Source of the DNA: Eledone cirrhosa
Taxonomy: Eukaryota
Reading direction: 5' to 3'
Assembly: GCA_964016885.1 (NCBI GenBank)
Contig: OZ024742.1
Location: 10,726,001-10,790,000 of the forward strand
Length of the DNA: 64,000 nt
The position numbers and the translations under genes are program-made. The notes under the pieces were generated by a model. It was not told where the DNA came from and ran no database searches. It saw only the letters and a program-made list of their open reading frames with translations. The number at the start of each line of letters is the position of its first letter. The first letter of the stretch is position 1. Positions 53,141-64,000 of the stretch are shown piece after piece.

Positions 53141-53456
53141 CCACCACCCCGTTCTATGTAAAGTTATGTTGGTGCCACGCCATCCAGGCCGAAACAAATG
53201 AGATCGTGTAGGTGTCACGACAAAAAAACACACAGTCCACGCTGTAATGTGGCCGTGTAGGCAACACGGTAAAAACCTTCCAGACCCACACTGTAAATGT
53301 GGTTGGTGTTAGGAAGGGCATCCAACTGTAGAAAACCTGCCAGACAGTCCTATGCGAGCAAGACAATCACTCTTGCCTCAAGTGGGACTACCCCCGTCCA
53401 AACCCATGCAAGCGTGGAACACGGACGTTAAACGTTGATGATGATGATGATGATGA
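53141..53456 (+). mobile_element. RTE subfamily A 3' UTR fragment
   Basis: Near-exact reverse complement of 50073-50388. Confidence 0.9.
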
Positions 53457-53465
53457 TATATATGT

Positions 53466-53508
<43 letters not shown>

Positions 53509-53509
53509 G

Positions 53510-53540
<31 letters not shown>

Positions 53541-53558
53541 GATATATACATATCTATA

Positions 53559-53600
<42 letters not shown>

Positions 53601-53685
53601 AGTGTGTGTGAGATCATCATCATCATTTAAAATCCATTCTCCTTACTAGCAAGGGTTTGTGTGAATGTATATATATACATATATA

Positions 53686-54286
53686 TATAAGAAAAATGGA
53701 GTGCTGCGTGGTTGCACATGGGTTACATATGAATAAAATTAGTCCTTCATCAGTGATCTTCCAACCTTCATTGGTATTTCATCACTTTAAAAACCATATA
53801 CCTCTGGTTGGTGCGAGCAATAACTAAATAAAGTTTTTGGGACAAGTGAAATAGGGTGAAACGAGCGAGACATGTAAACAAACAACAATGGTATTGCAAC
53901 GGAAAGATAGGAAGAGACAAGTACATGAAATCTGTAAGCTTAAGCTTGGTGAAATCATGGACGAGAGATACAGACCTTCCGACATGGGTGAGATGTGAGT
54001 GAGAAAAGGATTTCACACAAGTCAAACGGGAGGAAGTGAGAGAGGGGGAAAAGCAGAGAGTGAGTGAGTGGAAGTGTGAGGAAGAGACCTGCCGAGAGAG
54101 AGTGTGATTGACAGAAGGGGTAAAAAGAAGGTGAGAGATACAGAGGGAGGGGAAGCAGTAAGAAAGAAACAGATAATCGCAGCTGAGGAAAAAATATAAA
54201 TATAAGAAAAATGGAGTGCTGCGTGGTTGCACATGGGTTACAAATGAATAAAATTAGTCCTTTATCAGTGATCTTCCAACCTTCAT
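53686..54286 (-). mobile_element. Rearranged-hammerhead family element, copy 3
   Basis: 86-bp direct repeat 53686-53771 / 54201-54286 (period 515); motif at 53742-53816. Confidence 0.78.
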
Positions 54287-54288
54287 AT

Positions 54289-54624
54289 GGAGGCACATGG
54301 CTTAGTGGTTAGAGCATTGGCCTGGCAATCAAAAGGTTGTGAGTTCAATTCTCAGACCGGGTGATGTGTTGTTGCCTTGAGCAAGACACTTTATTTCACA
54401 TTGCTCCAGTTTACTCAGCTGTAGAAATGACATGATAGGACTGGGTCCCTATCATTCCACTGCAAAGTGGTTGTGTAGGTGCCACGGCAAAAAAGCACCC
54501 AGCACTCACTGTAAATGAGGTTGGTGTTAGGAAGGGCATCCAGCTGTAGAAATCAAGCCAGAATCAGTTCCCGTCCCACCCTGGCAAGCAGGGAAAAGTG
54601 GACGTAAAATGATGATGATGATGA
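54289..54624 (+). mobile_element. tRNA/CORE-like SINE family 2 with RTE tail
   Basis: A and B boxes, core and (GAT)n tail. Confidence 0.88.
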
Positions 54625-54647
54625 TATATTTATATACACACACACTG

Positions 54648-54699
<52 letters not shown>

Positions 54700-54737
54700 G
54701 CACACATATATATGTATGTGTGTATATATATACATAT

Positions 54738-54842
54738 ATAATTGTTTCTACTTTTGGCACAAGGCCAGCGATAACCCCAGTGTATTACTGGTACTTTATT
54801 TTACCGATCCCCGTAAAGATGAAAGGCAAAGTTAACCTCGGT
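54738..54842 (-). mobile_element. SINE family 1 3' fragment
   Basis: Core and tail only. Confidence 0.7.
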
Positions 54843-55310
54843 ATATATAATGTTTGTATAAAAGGGTCATTGAAAGACGATAGGTTTTGCACCTAGAAAG
54901 TTCTCCTCCAAGACTAGCAGCCACCTATGTACACCATTCTCTCCTATGTTAGCAATGGCTGATACAGCTGGGCACCAGTGACATTGCAACTCATTTCTAC
55001 AGCTTAGTAAACTGGAGCAAAGTCAAGTGTCTTGCTCAAGAACACATTTCATCATCCATATAGAGGAGATGACGAGGGACTGTGACAAATAGAGAGATGC
55101 TGTGCTGAAGAGGGTCCGTCCCAGCCATGCAAGCAGGAAAAAGTGGACGTAAAATGATGGTGATGATATACATATACGTCAATACTCATCTTTTTCCATT
55201 TATCTGAGGGTTCTAAACCCCATTATCAGGCTAAAATTCCTTTAGTAAAAAATACGGTGAAAGCTATATATTTTCTAATTTCAAACCTGCTCACTGTTTC
55301 AAAACATACT

Positions 55311-55384
<74 letters not shown>

Positions 55385-55467
55385 GGAGGTGAGTTTTATT
55401 GTAGTACAATAAAGCAATGCAGATATCGGATAAGTAGCAGTCTACAGTTTGTAGGACTGGAGTATAA

Positions 55468-55807
55468 ATAATATATAAGATCAAAAGATGGTTAAAAGAG
55501 TTCCATGTATTTTATTATGCGCATTTCATAAACAAATATCATCATGCAATAAAATTTGCGTTTTCGTCAGATAAAATAGGGAGACATGATATGAAGGTTA
55601 AAAAACACTTGTTAATAGTGCAGTTTTAAATCAACATATGTTGATTTAAAACTGCACTATTCACAAGTGTTTTTTAACCTTCATATCATGTCTCCCTATT
55701 TTATCTGACGAAAACGCAAATGTTATTGCATGATGATATTTGTTTATGAAATGCGCATAATAAAATACATGGAACTCTTTTAACCATCTTTTGATCTTAT
55801 ATATTAT
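55468..55807. ncRNA. 340-bp near-perfect palindrome with a type I hammerhead on each strand
   Basis: Centre catatg at 55635-55640; + copy 55697-55767 reads TATTTTAT-CTGACGA..GAAA-TGCGCA-TA-ATAAAATA. Confidence 0.85.
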
Positions 55808-55920
55808 ATATATATATATGCAAGAGATGTCAACATGAATGGATCTGTTATTTTTATCTAAAGACATTTTTTCCAATTCCAACCCGCCCGTCCCCTCTAT
55901 CTAACTTATTTCTCATTCTT

Positions 55921-55956
55921 TCTTCTGGTGAAGGACTAGCACCCGAAACGTTAAGA
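55921..55956 (+). ncRNA. Degenerate minimal hammerhead
   Basis: TCTT-CTGGTGA..CGAAA-CG-TT-AAGA (A6G). Confidence 0.5.
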
Positions 55957-56227
55957 CCCTCTTCCTGCTATATAAAGTGTTAACCTAATATATCCCTTCC
56001 ATATACTGTACCGATTGTGTTGTTATATACATACATATATATATATATATGTATACACACACATACACTTACAATATAATACAGCTTTAATAAAAATGAA
56101 ACAAGCAGATTTTATGCTTGTGTATATATAGATGGAGGTGGGGGGGGGGGAGATTTTTGTTTATAACACATGAGAGAGAGGGGGAGAGATGCTGACCATG
56201 GTAAGTAAGACTTAATGGAAGACAAGC

Positions 56228-56720
56228 TGATGGTGGTGGCAATGGTGTTGATGGTGGATGGCAGAGGTGGTGATGGTGGTGCTCATGTTGGTCATGGTAG
56301 TGGGGGTGATGGTGCTGGTGTTAGTGGCAGTGGTGGTGGTTGTAGTGGTGGTGGTTGTAGTGGAGGTGGTATTTGTAGAGGTGATGGTGTCCATGTTGGC
56401 AGTGGTGCTGGTGGTGGTTGTAGTGGTGGTGGTTGTATTGGTAGTGGTGGCAGTTGTAGTGGTAGTGGCAGTTGTAGTGGAGGTGGTATTTGTAGAGATG
56501 ATGGTGTCCATGTTGGTGGTGGTGGTGGTGGTGGTGGTGGTGGTAGTGGTGGTGGTTGTAGTGGTAGTGGTGGTAGTGGTGGTTGTGGTGGTAGTGGTGG
56601 TAGTGGTGGCAGTTGTAGTGGCGGTGGCAGTTGTAGTGGAGGTGGTGTTTGTAGAGGTGATGGTGTCCATGTTGGCAGTGGTGCTGGTGGTGATAGTGAT
56701 AATGGTGGAGGTGGTGGTTA
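56228..56720. repeat. (GGT)n-rich repeat with higher-order units
   Basis: ttgtagaggtgatggtgtccatgttgg recurs three times. Confidence 0.85.
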
Positions 56721-57154
56721 TTCATATTTATTTATTGATGATATAAAATTGATGTTTTTCAAGGGAGTGTTTGTGTGTGTTTTTTGTGTGTTATTTCCAA
56801 CTTAATTAATAAATTTGAATATTTCATATAATACATTGAACAGATGTTCTATCATGCATTCAATGCTTTTAGTCTGTGATCATTATTATCAAACAAAGAA
56901 CAAAAGCAAGGCACTCTGCCAAATTTTCCCCACCCCTCCATTTTAGTATTTCATCCTTTCAACCAACATCTGGTTCTATTAAAAAATGTTGTTATTATTA
57001 TTATTAGTTATATTTTATTGTCATCACTGCATTAGTGAGCACAGCTCTGTTTCTTGGGAATGTGCAGTGTGATTTTTAGTTGTGTTGTTTCTATTGTATT
57101 GAAAGTACTTTTTCTAATATAAGTGTAGTGCCTAGTAGTACTATTTTTTCTCCA

Positions 57155-57570
57155 TCCCTCATCAACTTTTTTCAAATTTCACTTGGAAAGGAAGGTGAGG
57201 GTGGAAAGAGAAGTGTTGCCCCTCAGTTCATTTGCTAATAGGTGGGTGGATATAGCAAGAATGACCCATGTGAATGGGTCTATTCTGAGCATGCGCCTAT
57301 AGCTTGGTTGATTTGAGGAGGAGAGGAGTGTCCTTCCCAGGTGCTCTCAACATGTAGGGTGTTTCAGGATTGATGGGGTACCTGAGTCACCCCTGGGGAA
57401 TTCTGTTGTTTGTATTTTTGTTTATTGTTATTGTTTATATGCATTTTTTTACACAATTCCATTGTACCCCCCCCCCCCACACACACACACACACGCACAC
57501 ACACTGTCCCTATCCATTGTATTGTCCCCTCTATGTAGGCCTTTGTGGCCAATAAAGAACATATTATTAT
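57155..57570 (+). mobile_element. Probable L1/Tx1-like LINE 3' end
   Basis: FKFHLERKVRVEREVL..FANRW..* followed by a T-rich UTR ending tttgtggccaataaagaa-(att)n; similar ends at ~2930-2995, 34140-34320 and 57770-57830. Confidence 0.45.
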
Positions 57571-57869
57571 TATTTTTATTATTGTGCCTGTAAATTGGAG
57601 GAGGACAACTAGGAGGGCACGTGACCTAGTGGTCAAGGCTTCCATGGCTTTTGGTGAGCTTTCTCCACAAGTGACCCTCGGAGGCGTCCCCATTTTTAGG
57701 GATTTCGTTGTTTGATTTTAAAAATATTTATTTTTGTTGTAAACCTTTCTCTCACACAACCCACACTGTACTGTCCTCTAAGTTCTTTAGTGTCCTCTTG
57801 AAGCCCTGTATGGCAAATAAAGAAGCCATCATCGTCATCATTATTATTATTATTATTATTATTGATTTT

Positions 57870-58099
57870 GAATGAGGTGGAGTGGATCAGTAGAGCATTG
57901 GACACTATGCTTTGCAGTTACAGCTCTTTACATTCTGAGTTCAAATCCCACCAAGATTTAGCCTTTACAGGGTCGATAAAATAAAGTATAAGTAACAAAC
58001 TTGGTCGATTTAATCAACATTCTCCCCCTACAAAAAAAAAATTGTTGGCCTTGTGCTTAAATCAGAAACCATTATTATTATCATTATTATTATTATTAT

Positions 58100-58131
<32 letters not shown>

Positions 58132-58555
58132 TCACAAAGTGTTGATGCTAACTATTTGAATTTTTTATATATTTCAGGAATAAAGTAATTAAATTAAATC
58201 TATCAGACATTAACAGTGGTCACGTAAGTAAATATTTCTATCTTTCATTGCCAAGGTTAACTTTGTCTTTCATCCTTATGGGGTGGATAAAATAAAGTAC
58301 CAGTAATGCACTGGGTAATTGCTGGCCTTGTGCCTAATGTAGAAACAATTATTATTTTAGCAGAATCGTTAGAGGGATGAACAAAATACCTTGCAGTATT
58401 TGTTAGGTTCTGGCTTAAAATCCTGCTGACGTTAGCTCTGTCTTTTAACCTTTGAGGTCGATAAAATAAAGTACCAATAACACACTGGGGTTGATTTACT
58501 TAACTTCCTGTTCACCCAAATTGCTGGCGTTGTGCCTAAATTAGAAACCATTATC
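57870..58555 (+). mobile_element. Three SINE family 1 copies flanking the second semaphorin exon
   Basis: 57870-58075, 58250-58355 and 58358-58555 each carry the gataaaataaagta core. Confidence 0.7.
58178..58223 (+). CDS. Sema2a: Semaphorin (Sema-2-like) next coding exon (46 nt)
   Basis: Branch-like TGCTAAC at ~58146, ATTTCAG acceptor, GTAAGT donor at 58224. The first G completes the AT|G codon left by the previous exon, then reads NKVIKLNLSDINSGH (cf. Sema-2a DRVFRVNLQNISSSN). Confidence 0.8.
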
Positions 58556-61128
58556 ATGATATGAAATGTGTGTGTCCCAATGTAAATCATTATAAGTAGT
58601 AGATGAGAGAATCTTGTAAAATTTCCCTGGAGAGGAAAAACAAGTGGAGCGAGTCCTCTGAATAATCTCTGGCCATAATTCTAATGAAATACACTTATTA
58701 TATGTTATATTTCAATGAATGTTGAAAATAATCAAGAATTTGCAAGAATTTAGTAAATCAACCAATGTTATCTATCTAATGTTAGTGTTTGGGGCATGGT
58801 AATTTTTTTCATGAAATATTTAATATAATAGGTTTTAACTTATATACAAACACTTTCAACTAAATTGTTTTATATCACAGAACCAAGGTAGTTAGGCATG
58901 GGTTAGTATTGAAAGAGTTAAGCTAGGGAATAAATTATGTATGACACCCAGATATGCCACCCAAAGTATACAGAGAAAGTATGCCATTAAAAGTATATGG
59001 AACAAGTATGCCACCCAAAGTATAGAAAGCATGTATGCCACCCAAAGTATAGTGAGCAAGTATGCCTATTCATTAGGCTTCTGCAGAGTTTATGGTGACT
59101 ATGACTTATTCATAAGGCTTGGGGGTCAATGTGTGACCTAAGTTGCAATGCAGTAAGATTGGCTCCAAAATGAGATGATTGCAAAGTAAACATTTTATCC
59201 TCATGGCCATGCATTTAGATCTTCTTCGTATATTTAATAAAAAAAATGATCTATGTGTATTTTTTACAGATAATATTCTCAAAGATAATTTCCATTAAAT
59301 TATGAAATGACTTCTGCAAAAATAAAAATAATAACTATGGACAAGCTTTAAATAAAAGCATCAGTAAATAGATTACTAAAAATATTATTATGCAAGTTCT
59401 GTTAGATTTGTTTTATATACATACATCATAAATATATATATATCAGGATAGAACCAATTTAAACTAGTTAGACCATTATTCAACAGAGTACTCGATACTT
59501 GGGTTAGTTGAGTATGGTTATATTATAAAGAGTTGGGACCAGATGGCTGAGCTCTTATTGTTTCAACAGCTAGTACCACACACACACACACACACACGCA
59601 TATATAATTATCATTATCATTGTTTTTATGTCCACTTTTCCATGCTGGCATGAGTTGGACAGGATTTTTGATGCGATGTTTTACAGCTAGATGACCTTCC
59701 TAAGCCAACTCCTTTAATCCCTTCTGGCATGACGGGATATGGTGTACCTATGCTAAACTGGATGTGTGTCCCCTCCCCATATCCATGTGTGTGTGTGAAT
59801 GTGTGTATAATGATATCTTGGATGTGTTATTGCTGTAAGTATTTCTTCCTAAAACAAAAGTACTTATGTGGATGTCTAATCTGTGAACTGCACCTCCAAT
59901 ATAAAAACTCTCCCATTTTCTACATATTATTTTGTTCTCCATATAAGACCATAAAAGGCAGACAATTGTTAGTCGCTAGAATGTCAGGTAGAATGCTTTG
60001 TGGTATTCATTTTGACTCTCTCCTCTCTGAGTTGAAATCCCACCAAGGTCAACTTTACCCCCCCCCCCCATTCAAGGTCGATAAAAAAAAAGTACAAATC
60101 TAGTACTGGGGTGATTCTTACTCTATATCTCTTTCTCACTTCCTTTCTTTCTCTATCTTTCTCTGGAATAAATCAGCTGTCTTCAGACGTGGTGGAGATG
60201 GAGGGGCTCCACCAGGCTTAATATGCCACTACAGTGCTCCACCAGGAGTTATAGCACCATACCATACCATAAGACCTGAGGTATTAATCCACATTGCTAC
60301 AGCGGCTGTTAGTTAATGTGGATATATTGTTATTAAGTTGGGGCTGTTACTGGGACAGGAATTTCCTCAGAGAGGGCCCAGTTCTCATTAGGTGTAATTT
60401 CAGTCGATCTTTACTGGTGGCTTCACAGATTGCACTGGTGTGTCCTCTCATTGAAGGTAAACTTTAGTTTCAGGTAGCATATGCCATCAAGGGGAATATG
60501 TATCTTCCTTGCTGTTGTACTGGCATCCTGGCAGTTTGTGAAGGATGCCAGGACATTTTGAAACACACACAAACCTCTGTGTGTGTGGGGTGGCACCTAT
60601 GCACGTATGTGTTAATATAAACATAAGCAAGTTATGTTAGATGTTTTAATAATTGCCAATTGTCTCATGGAGTTAAAAACGCTTTCATAAATATAAAATA
60701 ATAAGAAAACCTTCTGTTCTTTGAGAACACGAGGACTTTATTACTCCCAGCCCCACACACCACAACCACTGTCCCCCACCATTGCCAAGCGCTTCCCACC
60801 ACCCACCACAGCCATCATCATCATCAAAACCATCTTCCACAACCACCACAATATAAAAACAGAACCAACTCAATATATGTTGTTATAAAAGCCTGCAGCA
60901 TCTGATTAGATTAGAGATCAAATCAGGGATGTGTTAGGATTACAGAAAGAAAGAATTTTTTTTTTTCTTCTCTTGTATAATTTATCTTGTCTCCCACACA
61001 ATTACACAATATATAGCTTATATAAGATATATATATATATATATCATACATGTATATTATCACATACATACGCATATGTTGTAGTGCACTTGAGCACTGT
61101 ACACAATAATTTCATTTATTATATAAAT

Positions 61129-61850
61129 ATCATCATCATCATCATCATCACCGTTTTACGTCCGTTCTTCCACGCTAGCATGGGTTAGACGGGTTGTCCT
61201 GTTGTGGGCAGTGTCTGGTCGGCTGACCATGCCTTGCTCATACAGGAACTGATCTGGCTTGATTTCTACAGCTGGATGCCCTTCCTTACACCAACCTCAT
61301 TTACAGTGAGTGCTGGGTGCTTTTTCGTGGTGCCTACACGTCCACTTTACAGTGTGGGCTGGGTGCTTTTTTGCCGTGGCACCTCCACGACCACCTTGGG
61401 GTGTGGGGGCATATTGTTTATATGCTTCAGTTGTACCCATGGGAGGTCGGGTACTCTGTATTACTGCGTGACGCCAGAAGTCACGGTCGTGTGTCATTGC
61501 CTTTGAGAGGTGTAATTGGGTAAGGTCGGCTTTTATCACCTCATCCCAGGTCATCTTGGGTCTCCCCACTCCGCGGTTTCCATCGACTTCTAGTGCTCTG
61601 CACCTTTTTATGCAGCTGTCATCCTTCATACGCATCACATGTCCATACCAGCGCAACCGCCTCTCCTGCACGCAGCATTTGATTCCTCTTATGCTCAGTC
61701 TCTCTCTCAATTCATTTATGCTTTGTCGTTCACGTATATTACTGTTACACATCCATCGGAGCATGCAGGCTTCGTTTCTCTCTAATCTACGTAAGTCTTC
61801 CACCTTCAGCGCCCAGGTCTCACTACCATGCAACATTGCTGTTCGGATAC
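61129..61850 (-). mobile_element. RTE subfamily B 3' fragment
   Basis: ORF 61297-61836 and B-type 3' UTR. Confidence 0.9.
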
Positions 61851-61869
61851 ATATATATATATCATACGG

Positions 61870-61909
<40 letters not shown>

Positions 61910-61955
61910 CGTAAAATAAGAAAATTATAAAAATTAACTTACTTACTAAAATTTC

Positions 61956-62130
61956 ACTCCCCAAGTATAACAATATTTGTTTCGACACAATTTCATATAT
62001 GAAATTGTGTTGAAACAAATATTGTTATACTTGGGGAGGATCATATTGTTGTAATAATATTGCCAATATTGTTACAACAATATTGGCAATAATATTACAA
62101 CAATATGACCCTCCCCAAGTATAACAATAT
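61956..62130. mobile_element. Double fold-back of the PLE 3' terminus
   Basis: Three alternately oriented copies of ctccccaagtataacaata, the end sequence of the 9617-11345 element. Confidence 0.75.
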
Positions 62131-62194
62131 ATATATAATCACATACAGACACATATATATATTATCACATACATACACGTATATATATATATAT

Positions 62195-63488
62195 ATCATC
62201 ATCATCATCATCATCAACGTTTAACGTCCGTGTTCCACGCTTGCATGGGTTTGGACGGGGGTAGTCCCACTTGAGGCAAGAGTGATTGTCTTGCTCGCAT
62301 AGGACTGTCTGGCAGGTTTTCTACAGTGGGATGCCCTTCCTATCACCAACCACATTTACAGTGTGGGTCTGGGAGGTTTTTACCGTGTTGCCTACACGGC
62401 CACATTACAGCGTGGACTGTGTGTTTTTTTGTCGTGACACCTACACGATCTCATTTGTTTCGGCCTGGATGGCGCGGCACCAACATAACTTTACATAGAA
62501 CGGGGTGGTGTGGATGGGGTGGGGGTGGGGGTGGTGGGACGGGGTGTATTTTGTTAGAGATGCCTACTGGCTGGAGTAGGTTTTACTATATATTTAGGTA
62601 AGGCGGGTCTTCTCTGTTACTGAGTACCGCCAAAGGTCTCGGTCCAGTGACATTGTCTTGGAGAGGTGTAAGTGTGTGATGTCGGAGTTTATCAGCTCGT
62701 CCCAGGTTTTTCTAGGTCTGCCTATTCCGTGACTACCGTCTATCTTTATTGCCCTGCACTTTGTTATACAGCTATCGACTTTCATGCGCATCACGTGTCC
62801 ATACCAACGTAGCCTTCTCTCGAGTAAACAACATCTGATCCCTCTTATCTCTAATTTTTTTCTTAGTTCGTCTATGCTTTGCCGTTCACGTATATTACTG
62901 TTACACATCCAGCGGAGCATGCAAGCTTCGTTCCTCTCTAGTCTGCGTATATCCTCTGCACACAATGCCCAGGTCTCACTGCCATGCAGCATTGCTGTTC
63001 GTATGCAGGCGTCATACAACCTGCCTTTCATTTTTAGGGAGAACCCTTTAGCAGCTAATAGTGGTATAAGCTCTCTGAACTTTTTCCAACCAGTTCTGAC
63101 TCTAGCTACAGTACTTTCAGAGCACCCTCCCCCACTGCTGATTTTATCGCCCAGGTAACGGAAGCTGTCCACTATTTCTATAGAACCCTCTGCGTAATTG
63201 AAAGAGCTAGTATTTTGTGGGCACTTGCTGCTACTTATTGCACCAGAACACCGGCCACATGTAAAATCTATGTTCTTAGTTAGCTTACCTGTGATCCCAC
63301 TACATCTTTTATGCACCCATACTTTGCATTTAGGACATAAAATGGAGTTTCTACCTACGCCTTTCCTACACACCGAGCACGACCATTTCCCAGAAGGGAC
63401 CGCCGCCTTGTTTTCTTTCCTACAAACTAGAACTTTAGTCTTAGCCAGGTTAATTTTAAGTCCTTTTGACTCTAGGCCGTGCTTCCAT
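62195..63488 (-). mobile_element. RTE subfamily A, 5'-truncated
   Basis: RTE part of ORF 62594-63655; 3' UTR nearly identical to the 50073 copy. Confidence 0.93.
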
Positions 63489-64000
63489 ATATATATATAT
63501 GTACACACACACAAATACATTATCACATATATATATATATATACACACATATATATACACACATACATTATCACATATATATATATGCATATACTATCTC
63601 TCTCTGTATATATAATGACATGCATACACATAAATATATGTGTGTATATTACCATTCTCTATCCATTCTTTAATTCTTTGTTAACCGGAATATTCCAAGA
63701 CAAGGAACAATTTTATATTTTCATTGTCTTTATTATCTCGTCCAATTTTCTAACACCTCGCAGTCTGTGTGTGTTTGTATGTGTTTGTATGTATGTGAGT
63801 GTGTGTGTTTGTCTTTGTATGTATGGCTATGTATGTGTTTCTATGTACATGTGAATGTTTGCATGTGTATGTGTTCGTATGTGTGTTTATGTGAGAATGT
63901 GTGTTTCTATGTGTACATGAAAGTGTTTGTGTGTGCATGTGAATGTTTGTTTGTATATGTGAGTGTGTGTGTATGTGAGTGGTTGTGTCTATATGTGAGT

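Noticed and set aside
56190-56210. ccATGgtaagt as an extra exon donor
   Set aside because: No convincing acceptor or Sema-like coding sequence upstream, and the two identified exons already join in phase.
59255-59310. tttttttacag as the next semaphorin exon acceptor
   Set aside because: The required phase-0 frame hits TGA after 11 codons and shows no Sema similarity.

Overview
Eukaryotic, AT- and microsatellite-rich animal DNA. The SINE and LINE content suggests an octopus-like cephalopod (inference). Almost all of the window is intronic. Two small + strand exons (23786-23882, 58178-58223) splice in phase across a 34.3-kb intron to give the N-terminal part of a semaphorin Sema domain (…HYFRYMTIDKKSHSLFVGAM|NKVIKLNLSDINSGH, Sema-2-like). 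The rest is a dense retroelement nest. It holds seven large RTE-clade LINE copies in two subfamilies, with a PHD-like finger inside the RT. It also holds two Neptune-type Penelope-like elements (PLEs) plus PLE 3' fragments, CR1, R4/Dong-like and L1/Tx1-like remnants, two tRNA-derived SINE families, mariner MITEs and several minisatellites. Many of these sit in (TA)n arrays. The most unusual layer is RNA. About a dozen minimal type I hammerhead ribozyme motifs occur in PLE termini and short fold-back mini-elements. A non-coding family of about 0.5 kb (3 copies, partial tandem, TA-inserted) carries all three hammerhead core strands in a non-circularly permuted order, with compensatory base changes. 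The long ORFs in simple repeats are artefacts. All structures were read by eye; no searches or folding programs were run.
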